Source: Bugula neritina
Taxonomy: Eukaryota > Animalia > Bryozoa
Direction: 5' to 3'
Length of the DNA: 64,000 nucleotides
Assembly (NCBI GenBank): GCA_964035545.1
Contig: OZ037765.1
Location: 16,058,995 to 16,122,994 of the forward strand
Shown here: positions 52,531 to 64,000 of the stretch, piece by piece
How positions within the stretch are numbered: the stretch's first letter is position 1
Layout: every line of letters starts with the position of its first letter
Notes under the pieces: generated by a model
Told to the model about the DNA's origin: nothing
The model's input: the letters and a program-made list of their open reading frames with translations, nothing else
Databases searched by the model: none
Position numbers and translations under genes: made by a program

Positions 52531-52759
52531 TTCCGCCAACTGTGGGCCCCGAGCTAACCCCATCCGCAGACCAGTCGAGCTCGACAACGCACCGGAACTG
52601 CCCCCAGGGGGTAAAAGACGTTTCCACCCTCGGGGTGGGCGGGATCACCCCACCGATCGAACCCAGAGAACAGCCTAGCACACCTCTGCCTGTCACCTTC
52701 GAAGGAAGTCAAAGTAGTAGAAGACCACCTGGATATCTGGCTGACTATCACGCGGGACA

Positions 52760-53776
52760 CATGGAAAATTCACAACAGAGGAGTTGTGCACCCAGTACAG
52801 GTAAATACTCCGGCCTCTTGTTAGGAATTCCCCCAAGAGGTCGAGAAATTCCCCGGAATTGCTGAGCGCGCGTACCAGATTTTGGAGGGGTTCCAGGGAC
52901 TAGAGTTGTCCCTCCAAAAGTTGGTGGAATTACTGACCGGACACGTGACTGAAGGGTTGTCAAATGAAAACCTGCAAACACACAATTCGGTCAATTCTAT
53001 TCTCAACTCCACAGCGCTTGGACCTACAGCTTTGCCAGACCTCAATATGAAAGTAACACTGCTTCAAAACACCATCGACGGTCAGTCAGGTATTTCTTTA
53101 AGGCTAGATCTTCCATCTTTGGAGTCTAGCATAACTATTGCTAATTGGACTGCGATTAATCGGATCGAATCTGCCTTGCTAGAAACCGATAATTGTCAGA
53201 TGGATATCGGAGAGGAGTCACACCACGACTACCTGTTAGACCAGGACGTGAGGTCGATGACTCTTTTGGATACACCAGAGTTGCCGGTCTATAGCAAGGC
53301 ACCCTACAAACAATCCGGGACCTTCTCTTGCCCCACATCAGAGACCCCACAAACAGGCAGCCCTCGCCCTGGGGTTCCCGGCGTGCCGGCCCACCCGGGA
53401 GGACACAGATGAGCAGCCTGTAGTTTCCAACCAGCCAGCGGCCACCCAGCCCTTACAGGTTGTGCTGGCTCGGGTTGATGAGGATACCAGATCTGCCGCC
53501 GCAACCCCGGATTTCGGACCGGCAGCTTCGAAACAGAAGAAGAGGTCTAGAAGACACCGGTCACCCTGACCCTCCAACACAGCCCCTCAGCCATCTCCCT
53601 GTCCCCACGAGAATGGAGTTCGCCGCCTCCGACAAGTGCGGCGCTGCGAAGAAAAGCTGTTTGCTCTTCGGCAGAGTGTGAGTCGGCTTGAACACGCAGG
53701 CAATTGGCATCATCACGGACATTATTATGCTTATTCCTTCGTAGTAGCGCGTACACATATAATTAGATTGTCATAG
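52760..53776 (+). pseudogene. Fragmented accessory ORF of unknown function 3' of the pol remnant
   Basis: 176-codon open frame at 52882-53412 plus a downstream fragment ...RRCEEKLFALRQSVSRLEHAGNWHHHGHYYAYSFVVARTHIIRLS*. It lies between the Pol-tail motif RRPPGYLADY and the PPT. Confidence 0.45.
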
Positions 53777-54257
53777 TGCGCTAAAATTTTCTGTTTCTTT
53801 TGTTGTTTTTTTATACATATCTACATATAGTCTTACATACATCGATTTTCCAGGCTATATCAAAAAGCATCGCTTTTCGATGGGGGTGTGTGTACTAGTT
53901 TTTAGAGTTATCCTCACTTTATTTTTTTCTATTTCTAAAACTTTATTATTACTCACTCGTTTTGTCTTGTGTAAATCAAAATCAGTCTCGACCGAGGTGC
54001 GGAGTGTCGGACTTCCGACTGTCCGATTGTCAGTCATTCGTAACTCCGACATTCCGATCTTCGCCGAAGATCGGTCAAACAAACTTTTGTGTTACTATAC
54101 AAAAATGTGAGCTCGCAGTTGTAGTTCAGTCTACAGCTGGAGCTCATAGAGGAAGGGCATACTTATACTACAATAAAGATTATTTTATTCGCAACCATAC
54201 AACCACTCTTATCTTTCACAATACAAAGGGGTTATGTTCTCTGCCTAATCTACTACA

Positions 54258-54720
54258 GTATGGCATTGACTATGATACTGACTTTGAGTATGAGTATAAC
54301 TATAACTATAAGATTAAGTATTAGTATAACAATAACTATAAAATTAAGTGTAACTATAAGTATAAGTATTAGTATAACTATTAGTTTTACTTAGCTATAA
54401 GTATATGTAAATGTATAAGTATACTTATAACTAGTATTAGTAATACTAGTATAAGTATTAGTATTAGTATTACTATTAGTATTAGTGTTAGTATCACATT
54501 TCCAATTTGAATTACTATTACTATTAGTACCTATTACTGTTACTATTAGTATAGCCATAGGGCTAGGCATAGCTATAAGTTTAAGTTAATGTATAACTAA
54601 TACTATAAGTATAAGTATAACTATAAGCATTACTATTAGTATAACTATAACCTGTATAGTGTAACTGTATAACTATTACTATAACTATAAGTATAAGCAT
54701 AACTTTTACTTTTAGTTCAG
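54258..54720. repeat. Degenerate (TAN)n tract (TATAAC/TAAGTA/TAGTAT); continuation of the ~50450-51200 tract split by the LTR element
   Basis: Periodicity such as tataactataagtataagtattagtataacta. Confidence 0.8.
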
Positions 54721-55414
54721 AACAGAGTAAAAACAGAACAGCGTTTTTACCACATATTTTAATTTTTAGACTCAATCACAAGATGGCATTAGCATTAAAT
54801 TTTCATCTTACAGTGAGAAACAGCCATTCGAATTCTCAATTTTGGATTTAATGCAAGATACTATGATAGTGAGTATTATTATAATATCATCAAATATCAT
54901 CAAAGTACCATTTAATATTACTAGAAGCAGCACCGAGTTGAAGATGAGTAAGTACAGTATTGCTATGATTGTTCAAATTCCCAACATCTAAACTCGAGAT
55001 TGCAAATCAGTGCACTCAGTAATCACTAACTCTGTGCTGCTGTAAGCAACTTTTAAAGTTATTTGAAAGTCGAAGTTCATCTCTTTCGATAGTTGTGGTT
55101 AAGAAACAGTTTTATTGGATCGGCTTTAAGCGTTGTGAGCTTAGTTTATATCTTGACACTTGACTAGTCCAAAAAGGTGTGTAATTTATTACGTCACGTC
55201 AAACAATTTTAATCGAACTAAGGCTTCGTTGGTGGTGCTACTAATTTATGTTGTTGACGCTTTGATGAAACTCTTGAAATTAAAATGTTGATTTACTTTT
55301 ACTTTTAGAAATGCTAACAGCAAAGTACATACATAAATAAATATTAATTTAACAAATTGGATAAACCAAATTTTTATTGAATTTGAGTGTTTAATAATTT
55401 GCTGTCTAATTATA

Positions 55415-58400
55415 ATGGCAATGGTTTCAGAGTTTGTACGGGAATATAAATGTGTGTGTACCGAACGAGGCGTCGAGTTTAATGATAACCTTTTGCAAGC
55501 TCTCCAAAGGTAAAAATTTGCTCTAGATACGTTTACTTGCTGCATTAACTTTAGCTGAGTAACTGCACTTTACTTTTGATTAATAATTCAAGTTGTATTT
55601 AACGGCACTTTAGCCATAACCCACTGCATTCAATTTCAATAGCATGTTCATTTTAAATTTGATATGATTATAAATGTTATTATTAATATTATAATTATCA
55701 GTAATATAGTTGTAAATGATATTTATAATTTAAATTATATATGAAATTAATGATTATTTGGAAAAACTAACTCTAACTTAGCAATTGTAAATGGTTTGAT
55801 ATATTTAATTTTATAATAGCTATGAGTATGATAAACTATAAGTATAAGTTTAAAGCAAATGATACAAGCTTGGGATCCATGATAATGAAGTATTAAAATC
55901 GCGCAGGTCTTTATAGCCTTTGTCAGTTTTTACTTCAAGTTCAATAGCGTTGTCATTAAACTGTTTCTATAAGTAGCCTATATCAACATTATGCTTATAT
56001 AATTATATTAATATATTATTCATTTTTATGCTTCTCTTTTTATAGAAGTGTAAAGCTATACTTATTACAATTTATTTTCAACAAACTAGTATAGGTGTGA
56101 GTATAAAGTCATTTTTTGGTAAAGACCTTAACAATCTACTTGTGCAGATACAACACATATTATATACCATATTTTATCTTTTTTTAAGTCAATAGTCCTT
56201 ATCTTTTTCTTGTTTATTTTTTCATAAAAATAATTAAAAGTGCTGTGTAAAATAAAAGAACAAATAAAAGCTATGTATATGATACCGGAATAATAACATT
56301 AATTAAAATGGAGCCGCGTCAAGCAAATCAATTTTTTGGTGGAGCAAAATACAAAACAGTATCAGTATAAGTGTGTCAAAGCACTTGAAGTTGATAGGTT
56401 GGAGATGAGCAAGTAGACTCAACAGGTTTTTTCTCGTATTGTATCTAATGAACAGTGCCGTGGCCCACTAGCAATCTTCTTTCAACAAATTCAAATGAAA
56501 AATTCACTAAATATATAAGCCCAAAACTTTATAGTTTCTTTCAGGTTATAAATTGATTTCAATATCTACATTCTAAGCACTTTTATAAGTTGTTGAGTTC
56601 AATGTGTCATAATAATCATATTTCTGATTAAGGAAATAAAAATCCAAGCTGCACTCAACAGTGTTGTAATCTATTGTTTGTTGCTACATATTTGCAGACC
56701 TTGTTCAAGTCCAGGTGTTAATGGAAAAGCTATACTAAATCTCCGAACTAATAGTCTTGATGAGCAAACATGTTCTATTCTTGGTAAAATGTTGAGTGTA
56801 GATAGGCTGTTTGAGAAAATTGATCTAAGTGACTGTGCTCTTTCTCTTCCAGGTATTTATGTTATCAATTGATACATTGTAACTATTTTATTTCTTAGCT
56901 ACGTCAATGTTGCTTAAATACGACTGCTGATTTTTTACTTCTGTCATATTGCAATGCAAGTAACAGTTTTGTCTAATTGAGAATGTTATAAATGTTTAAT
57001 AATAAATGGTACAAAATATCAGTTTAGTATGCATTATGTTGTATCTTTCTCGCATAAAGTTTGATACCTCATTTGAATATTGAGCTTATTTATATAGTTT
57101 CTTACAAAATATTACCAGTTTTTGCCCTTTGCCTATGTAATCTAGACCATTGAGCTGTTGGGAATTTCTTGTAAAAACATAATTTATTTTTTGCTCTAAA
57201 ACTACACATTTGGCATCCTGAAAAAGAGCAATGTTGATAGGCAATTTACACCTCCAATAGCAGTTACATTTTTTTTATTACCTTCACATACTTTTAGGCT
57301 ATGATGGTGACAAAATGTTGGGTGTATAACTGTTTTCTCAACTAGACTATATGTTTTAGCTATGTCCCACATCATTTGTGGTTTGAATACCAACACGGTA
57401 TGCACGCAGCTCAATTTAAAAGGTAACAACATACGAGGACAAGCAGTAGAATGCTTAGCTAGAATGCTCTGTCAGAATAAAGCTATTGAGTGGTAAGCTA
57501 TTTGAAGTAGTAAGTAAGCTAGTTACTTATGGTTTTGCACCATTTAAGCATGCCAAGATGGTGATTAGGTTAGATTTCATTATTTTTACTTTTACATTAC
57601 TTACAATAGGTTGATGCTAATCAAATCTGGGTACTACCTTTAATATCTCAGCATTGTAGCATACTTTTATGTATGAAGTTTCCAGCTTTCATGCAAAATT
57701 CACAATTCTGACGGTAGCCATGCAGCCTCTGTGGCATTCATCATTTCATTCATTTTTTAAATTGTGTGTATTGTCATGTAATTCATCAAAATGCTGCTCT
57801 GATTGAGTTAAGTTTGAGATTATTAGCAATTATAAGTTTTTAGACCTTAGACCTTTGATGGAAATGCAACTCAATACTTTTGGCATAACCTACTATGAAG
57901 ATTCCATTTTCGCTTGGCATATTTACTTCCAAGAGGCATATCTAAAGTTACTTTACATTTGCATGATTTTGCAACTTGGAAACTGGCAAATTCTAAAAGT
58001 GAATGGTAGATACAAAATGACACAAAAGCATAAAAGGTTGAAATCTAGCAGATATATGACAAATTATTGATCAGCTTTTTAAGAAAATGTTTTTGCAATA
58101 CCTGGTTAGGTAAGTGGTCTATCTATTGCACAGCAGAAGTGGCCACAAATACCACATAGCTCTCCGTCTGCCTATAACCTGCACACGTAATGCTACAGAA
58201 ACCCTACTCTGTAGTATTTCTTAGACATTTACTCCCAAACAATACAAATTTAAAAGTATAAATTTCATGAAAAAGGTTGGGATAAAAAGCTTGTTAGATG
58301 TACAGTCGTTTAACTACAAGTTACTTGGTATTTTTACTACTAAATTATGGATTATCTTTATTTTTATCAACTATGACATTTCTGCTTCATCGTGTGACAA

Positions 58401-61400
58401 ATGTGCTTCATTCCACCCACAAATGCAAGATACTATCTAGTGTTCATCCTGGTGATGAGTTATATGAAGTTACATACTACCCAAAAACTAGCCATTTTTA
58501 GTGAGGTTTATACATGGTTACTAGCAACATAAATACAATAGTATTTATGAAAAGGGCTTGTTCTAACATCGCAGCCTTAATAGATCAAAGTTCAGAGTTG
58601 CTATTTATGAAGTTAGCCACCAGAGCTAGCAATATATAGGGCCTATAATTTTTGCTAAGACTTTTATTGGGCTGTTGTAAATTGGTAGATTGTTGAATTT
58701 AATTATAATCAAGAAACTGTACTTACTCCACTTAACACCGTTAGATAAGAGAAATATACATAGCTGCACAAACATATATGGATAAAAAATCGACTATTGC
58801 TTAAATTTCAGTCTTCTTTGCTGATCATGTGTTTTTAAGGTTGATCAGAAATTTAAAAAGCAACTTATGAGAATGTTCCTACTAAAAATGAGTGATATAT
58901 CAAAATAAATATTCATCGGCTTTCCATAGATCGATCTTGGTGAGATTCATCCATGGAAAGCCGGTGATTATGTATACATATTATAATTGAAACCTGCAAG
59001 TAAATTTATAATAAATCATCCAGACTAGTTAGGGTCTGATAACTCCAGAAATCCAGTTATTGTTGACACTTACAGATGAGCATAGCTGATGTATGATATT
59101 TATTTAGCATAAGAATACCACCAAGTGTTGTCATAATTGCCTGATGCAGTTTCTATGTTGCTGGTTACCGGTTGGCACTTTTGAGTTCATTTAGATTCGT
59201 AGTGCTAATATAACTACCCAAAGCTCTAAATGAAAAAGTGGACTAGATAAAATATATGCATGTACTTGGGTCATGTGGTAAAAATGAATACTTGTAAGCA
59301 TGGAATAAGATGAGTATTACTAGTATTCTATAGACTCAACATAGTCTTTTTTATGCTACTCAACTCAATTTACAAACTAAAAACATAGAAGCCCATACTT
59401 TTAAGGAAAAACTTTAGTTTGTTCTTAAATAATCTAAGCAAACAAACACATAGCCTATATATTTATAAAAGTGCACCATTCGCGTACTTGGAATGACCAA
59501 AATATTTGCATTTGGAATAAGCTTAAGGCATTTGAGGAAATACCAAGCTGGCGTGACCTACCACACACAATGTTTCGTCAGTGAAATCGAAAAACTACTA
59601 GCTAATAATATTTGTTTTTAACTTTGCTGCTCGCCTTGTTTCTATGGCTACATGTTCGGAATAAATTAAATTTTCTATTTTAAATCTCGCTCGATTTCAA
59701 TAAAACTCTATTTAGTGAAATGTAGCCCTAAATTAAGAAAAATGGCCTTCCTAAATAGCTACCAGCTAATTAGTTAACGAAGACAGAAAGCATTAGCACT
59801 TTTCGTTCAGCATTCTCAACACCTTTTTCTGTTTGACTTTTCGTCTTCGAAAATACACCAGTGTGGCCTTACGTAATCACAAAGTACCATTTACTCACTA
59901 TAGCTTGAACCATCAGTAATGATTCCAATATTGTAGGAAACGGCACTAAAAATGCAATAAATAATATTCAAAGGTGATAAATAGCATAACTATTGAAATC
60001 ATGTGATTCATCGTAGCATGTTTGTCAAACTAAAAAGTCACCTGGTATATGCTCTGCCACACACCAAGCTGTTGAGAAGTTTTGCTGAAATTACATATTT
60101 GCAAACTTATTTTTTAATTCAATTTTAAAACAATTAGATCAGAACACTAGAAATTATGGACTGCAGACACACAATTAAAATATTAGATATAGTCATTATT
60201 ACAACAAAAGCTTCAGAAACATTCATTTTGCACATAAAAGAGTTACATAGTTTTATATAATTTTTAATAATGGTATATTAAAGCTAGTACACAGCTCAAA
60301 TTCACAAGGTCAACTGGATTACATCAATTTTTATCAAGTCAAACAATATCTAAGGATTAGCTTTAACTTCTTTTTTAATGTATTTATCTAGAAACTGATT
60401 TTGTGACTGAATAATAGTAAATAAATTACCATGTTGGCTTTAATTCTTCTAGCAATATTTACTGTTTAGCTTGGTACTTGAATGGAACAATGTTGGAATG
60501 CTTGATGATCCTTTCATGATGTTTTGCGAAGGGCTTGGAAATAACACTTCTTTAATACAGTTGGATCTTCGAAATAATCAAATATCTCATCATGGGGCTG
60601 CAGAGATAGCCAATGCTCTGAAAAGGAACACAACTTTAAGAAAACTTGGTAAAGTAATTGCAGTTTTGTAGCTGTATCACATACTAAGAGTTAACTTGAA
60701 AGTTTTCTGGCACCTGTCAGCACTTGTTTACCTCATTACTAATCTCGAACTCCATCAGTTCTTGCCAAAAACAACATTTTTGTACTTTTTAAAAATATAT
60801 TCCAATATAAGGAGACGCAAATGTTTAAAAATTTGTGTTATTTACTGTAAGTGTTGCTGAAATTTTCATAATGTGCTCAAGTGATATCTTTGTTCTCCTG
60901 TAGCATGGACTGTTTGGTCCTGTGCACATATCTTTAAGTAAAGTAGAACCAGTACAAATAAATCTTCATAGGGATACAAAAGTGCTGTTGGAAAACCTTT
61001 AAGAAAATATCTGTTGTATTGTGTTAATTTTCACTTCTAGCATTAGTTACTGTTGTATATCTCGGTGTATAGTTGCATAGACATTGGTCTTCTAAGGCTT
61101 CTTTTCAACAGTTTTAAAATAGATGTATAAAGTTGAAAAAGTTATCTTGCATATAAACTTTATTTCCCAAATGTTATATACTGCTTATTTTAAAAGAATT
61201 GTGTTTTAGATTTGAGATGGAACAATATTGGGTTAGTTGGAGGAAAAGCATTAATTGAGGCATTCAAATTAAATCGTACACTAGACAAAATTGAGTTAAA
61301 TGGAAATGATATGCCAGATGAATTGAAAAAGTCAATTGGTAAGTGAGCTTTTCAGATTGGCACATATGAGTTCATGTATATCCTGATGGGACTAATATCC

Positions 61401-63890
61401 TTGAATGCTTTGCGTGACATCAGTATGTCTAATAATTAATGTAATAAAATTGTCAATAGAAATATATATAAGACATAGCTTACTAATTAATTTCCACTTT
61501 AAAATTTTAAAATCTTGTTCTAAGACCAAATTTCTAAACACTAATTTGGGATGCTTCACTTTCAGAATAATGTTGATAGATTCACGCAGCTAAAAGTACA
61601 GTCAACTTGTTGTAGAATGCACTGTATTAATATTAATTTAGATTCTAGTGTGCTAAGGTCACCCATTAAAAGCCATCTCATTGTTTAATTCTCACATGAT
61701 TGTAATTGTGTAATACTTTATTTATACTCCTTTTTACAACCCAATGCTCATAAGCATTATTTATAAGCTTATTGAATAGATTATTATCAAAACAGTTCAA
61801 GCAGCATTTCAATCAGTTTTCATTGTGTTATAGAATTTAAACTTCCACATACAGAGACTGTTTTTCAAAAGTAATATCTGTTTTATTGAAAACAACTGGC
61901 TGTTGCCAACTTTAAAAGGAAGGCTCTTGACAATAATCATCATTATGTATTGCAGATACTTCCAACTACATTTTTTCTACAAACTTGAATCCAAATATTG
62001 CATTTTTCTTTGCACGAATTACAAGTATTTTGTTTTTGAACTTGAGTTTTACACTTGTTAGAAAATGCTGCAAGAAACAATGAAGAGATTCATAAGCTAT
62101 CTATCGAGTACAAGTCTAGGACTCAAACACTTGCTGGAGAACTCAACAGGGTGAAGAAGACTTGTGCAAATCAGGTAATCACTAAGTTATCAGGTTACAC
62201 TGAGTGACAAAGACTTAACATGAAATACAATTTCTATAATGTTGTTAAATAAACTCACGCAAGTTCATAGTCACCATTCCTGTGAGAAATCCCCTGATGG
62301 AAAGGATTTTTTGTTAAGTTGGGCTAACGACTTATTGAAATGGGGCACAGGAGGAATTATGACCGGAGGCTCTTCCTAACATTATCAATGGCCTTTGTAG
62401 GGGTTTGAACCTCATGACTTTTTGTTTACTAAGGAAACACTGCAAACACGCTGCTCCCTGTATAATGTTAAATGCTTATAGCTAAATTACTTACTATTGT
62501 TGACCAGATGCTGAAAGCGTACTTGGAAAGTTATATTATTCAATAATCTTAGCTAGCCTCATTTATAAAGTAAATGTTGCTACTATGTAGTTTCTTGTAA
62601 TACTTTGTAGTCTAATGAAAGTACATACTTCTTACATTTTATAGTTAAATACATTATAATTTATATTTTAACAATAATTCTTTGACAACCATCACCTTTA
62701 GAAGCAACGCCTAATGTTAACATAATTTTTGCATTGAAAGCTGTGGCTGTCTCAAAAAAATTTATGAAAAATATTTACTGAGTTTTATAGGTGAACTTAA
62801 CTTTTTTTTCTCTAATTGAAAATGTCATCTTTCACTAGCGGTAACTCTGAGTTCAAGCTTATATAGTGTTGGTATAGTTATTACTGGCTGTCTTGGGAAT
62901 AAAGCTGTTTTTTTATCTTTTATAACTGTTGGAAAGATCATTTTGTATTCTGTTTTCAGTGTGATGATCTTTTATCCAGACTTGAGGAAAAGGATGAACG
63001 TCTCAAGAAAACAAACAGGTTATTTTTTAACATTCTTTTACTTTTGTGTATACATCAATGCTCAAATAATTTGATGACAAGTTTTGATGACAATAATAAG
63101 TTGTAAAAAGGTAGTGCAGCAATTCTTTATTGTGGCACTAGAATTTATCGTTTTAGCCATGTCAATGTTGTCTATTAATTTTAGTAGTCAGCAGTTGAAT
63201 ACACACGATCATGACACAGATTAGCTTTTAAAATATTTTTTACAGTAAAGTATGTTCATGTGGCTAAATTGTTTTTCAAATAGTATCTTGATTTTCTCTA
63301 AAAACTATACCTTTTATATCACATACTTCCAGAACAAAAATAATATTTGTGATGATTTTGTTATTCTATTTCTCAGGTTTGCAACTCAAAAAGTGGAACA
63401 TTTTCAGGAACTTTTGGATGAAAGAAAATCTGCATTTAATTCTTTAACGTCTAAGTAAGTTGCAGATATTGTTTCCATATTCTTCTTGTAACAGTCATCC
63501 TATTTAAAAGATTTACTTGCATGTAATTTGTAGCTGTTAAAGTTGGTATATTAGGTCAACTTTTTGAGTTAGCAGCTATATTTTCGTTCCCTGTAATTTT
63601 ATAATTATCATGTTGAATAGGTAAGACGACATCTTTGCCAAACTATTCTGCTTATTTGATGTAGGGTAAAACGCCCATGTGATTATCTGCAGAGTGATGA
63701 AGAGAAGATTGATATATAGAAACCCTAATTTTATACATTTGTGCTAATTGTTAGACTCACTAGAGTGGAATCTGAGTTGGTATTGGCTGAACAAAAGGCT
63801 AAGGATTTTGAGATTCTATTAGGCAAAGAGAGAGCCGATAAAGAAGCCATATCAGCAAGTTACAGAGCCAAGTTACAAGAAGCTAAACAG
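55415..63890 (+). CDS. LRRC45: Leucine-rich repeat-containing protein 45 (centrosomal LRR plus coiled coil), 3'-partial
   Basis: Exons ~55415-55509 ([19 protein letters not shown]), 56699-56852, 57360-57492 ([10 protein letters not shown]), 60470-60648 (LEWNNVG...[13 protein letters not shown]) and 61210-61338 ([15 protein letters not shown]), then coiled-coil exons ~62062-62174, 62960-63018, 63377-63454 and 63755-63890. The motifs match recalled LRRC45. Confidence 0.9.
59470..59873. mobile_element. Degenerate relative of the Harbinger-type MITEs (intron of LRRC45)
   Basis: Shares GACCT.CCACACACAATG, TGCTCGCCT and GCACTT.TCG.TCAGCATTCTCAAC with the other copies and ends GTGTGGCCTTACG. The left TIR is not clear. 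Confidence 0.55.
62248..62460 (-). mobile_element. tRNA-derived SINE copy (intron of LRRC45)
   Basis: The minus strand has CTTAGTAA, a B-box-like GGTTCAAACCC and a body homologous to 15597-15783. Confidence 0.65.
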
Positions 63891-64000
63891 GTAACTGTTA
63901 ACTACTGAGGTGCGCTGCATACTGAGTTATTAGTGTTTAATAACCTGGTAAATCTAACATTAAATGTGCTTTAGATATACACTCAAGGAGTTAAACCGTT

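Larger units (their letters stand above)
51201..54257 (+). mobile_element. Non-autonomous (pol-deleted) Gypsy-type LTR element
   Basis: Diverged TG...CA LTRs at 51201-51575 and 53891-54257. 4-bp TSD GTAT at 51197-51200 and 54258-54261. PBS TGGTGGCAGC (tRNA-Leu-like) at 51577 and a G-rich tract before the 3' LTR. Broken gag with CWGCGASGHERWYC. No RT, RNase H or integrase. Confidence 0.9.

Noticed and set aside
53855-54324. ORFs of 75-120 aa over the 3' LTR
   Set aside because: They overlap a non-coding LTR and show no recognisable protein motifs.

Overview
AT-rich, intron-rich eukaryotic (invertebrate-like) DNA with three spliced host genes and many mobile elements. (1) A complete KDM1B/LSD2-like histone demethylase gene on + (~10748-19464) with unusual active-site substitutions. 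(2) A ~26 kb minus-strand gene (~47130 to 20659) for a very large type I membrane protein: 8 six-cysteine EB-like modules, 2 EGF, 4 SEA/KIAA1549-like repeats (two with polybasic furin-type sites), an IgGFc-binding N-terminal domain, a Thr-rich stalk, a fifth SEA-like repeat, one TM helix and a Ser/Arg-rich tail ending -SQL. (3) The 5' part of LRRC45 on + (55415 to past the window end). Mobile DNA includes an intact 4500-bp Ty3/Gypsy (Mag-like) element with identical LTRs and a 5-bp TSD, and a pol-deleted LTR element with an unexplained 3' ORF and a long hairpin in its LTRs. There is also a decayed mariner, a CR1-type LINE 3' fragment, a MULE-like non-autonomous element, PIF/Harbinger-type MITEs and two tRNA-derived SINE copies. 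Both LTR elements sit in (TAN)n-periodic intergenic tracts. Exon boundaries were read by eye and may be off by a few bases; family names come from recalled motifs, not from database searches.
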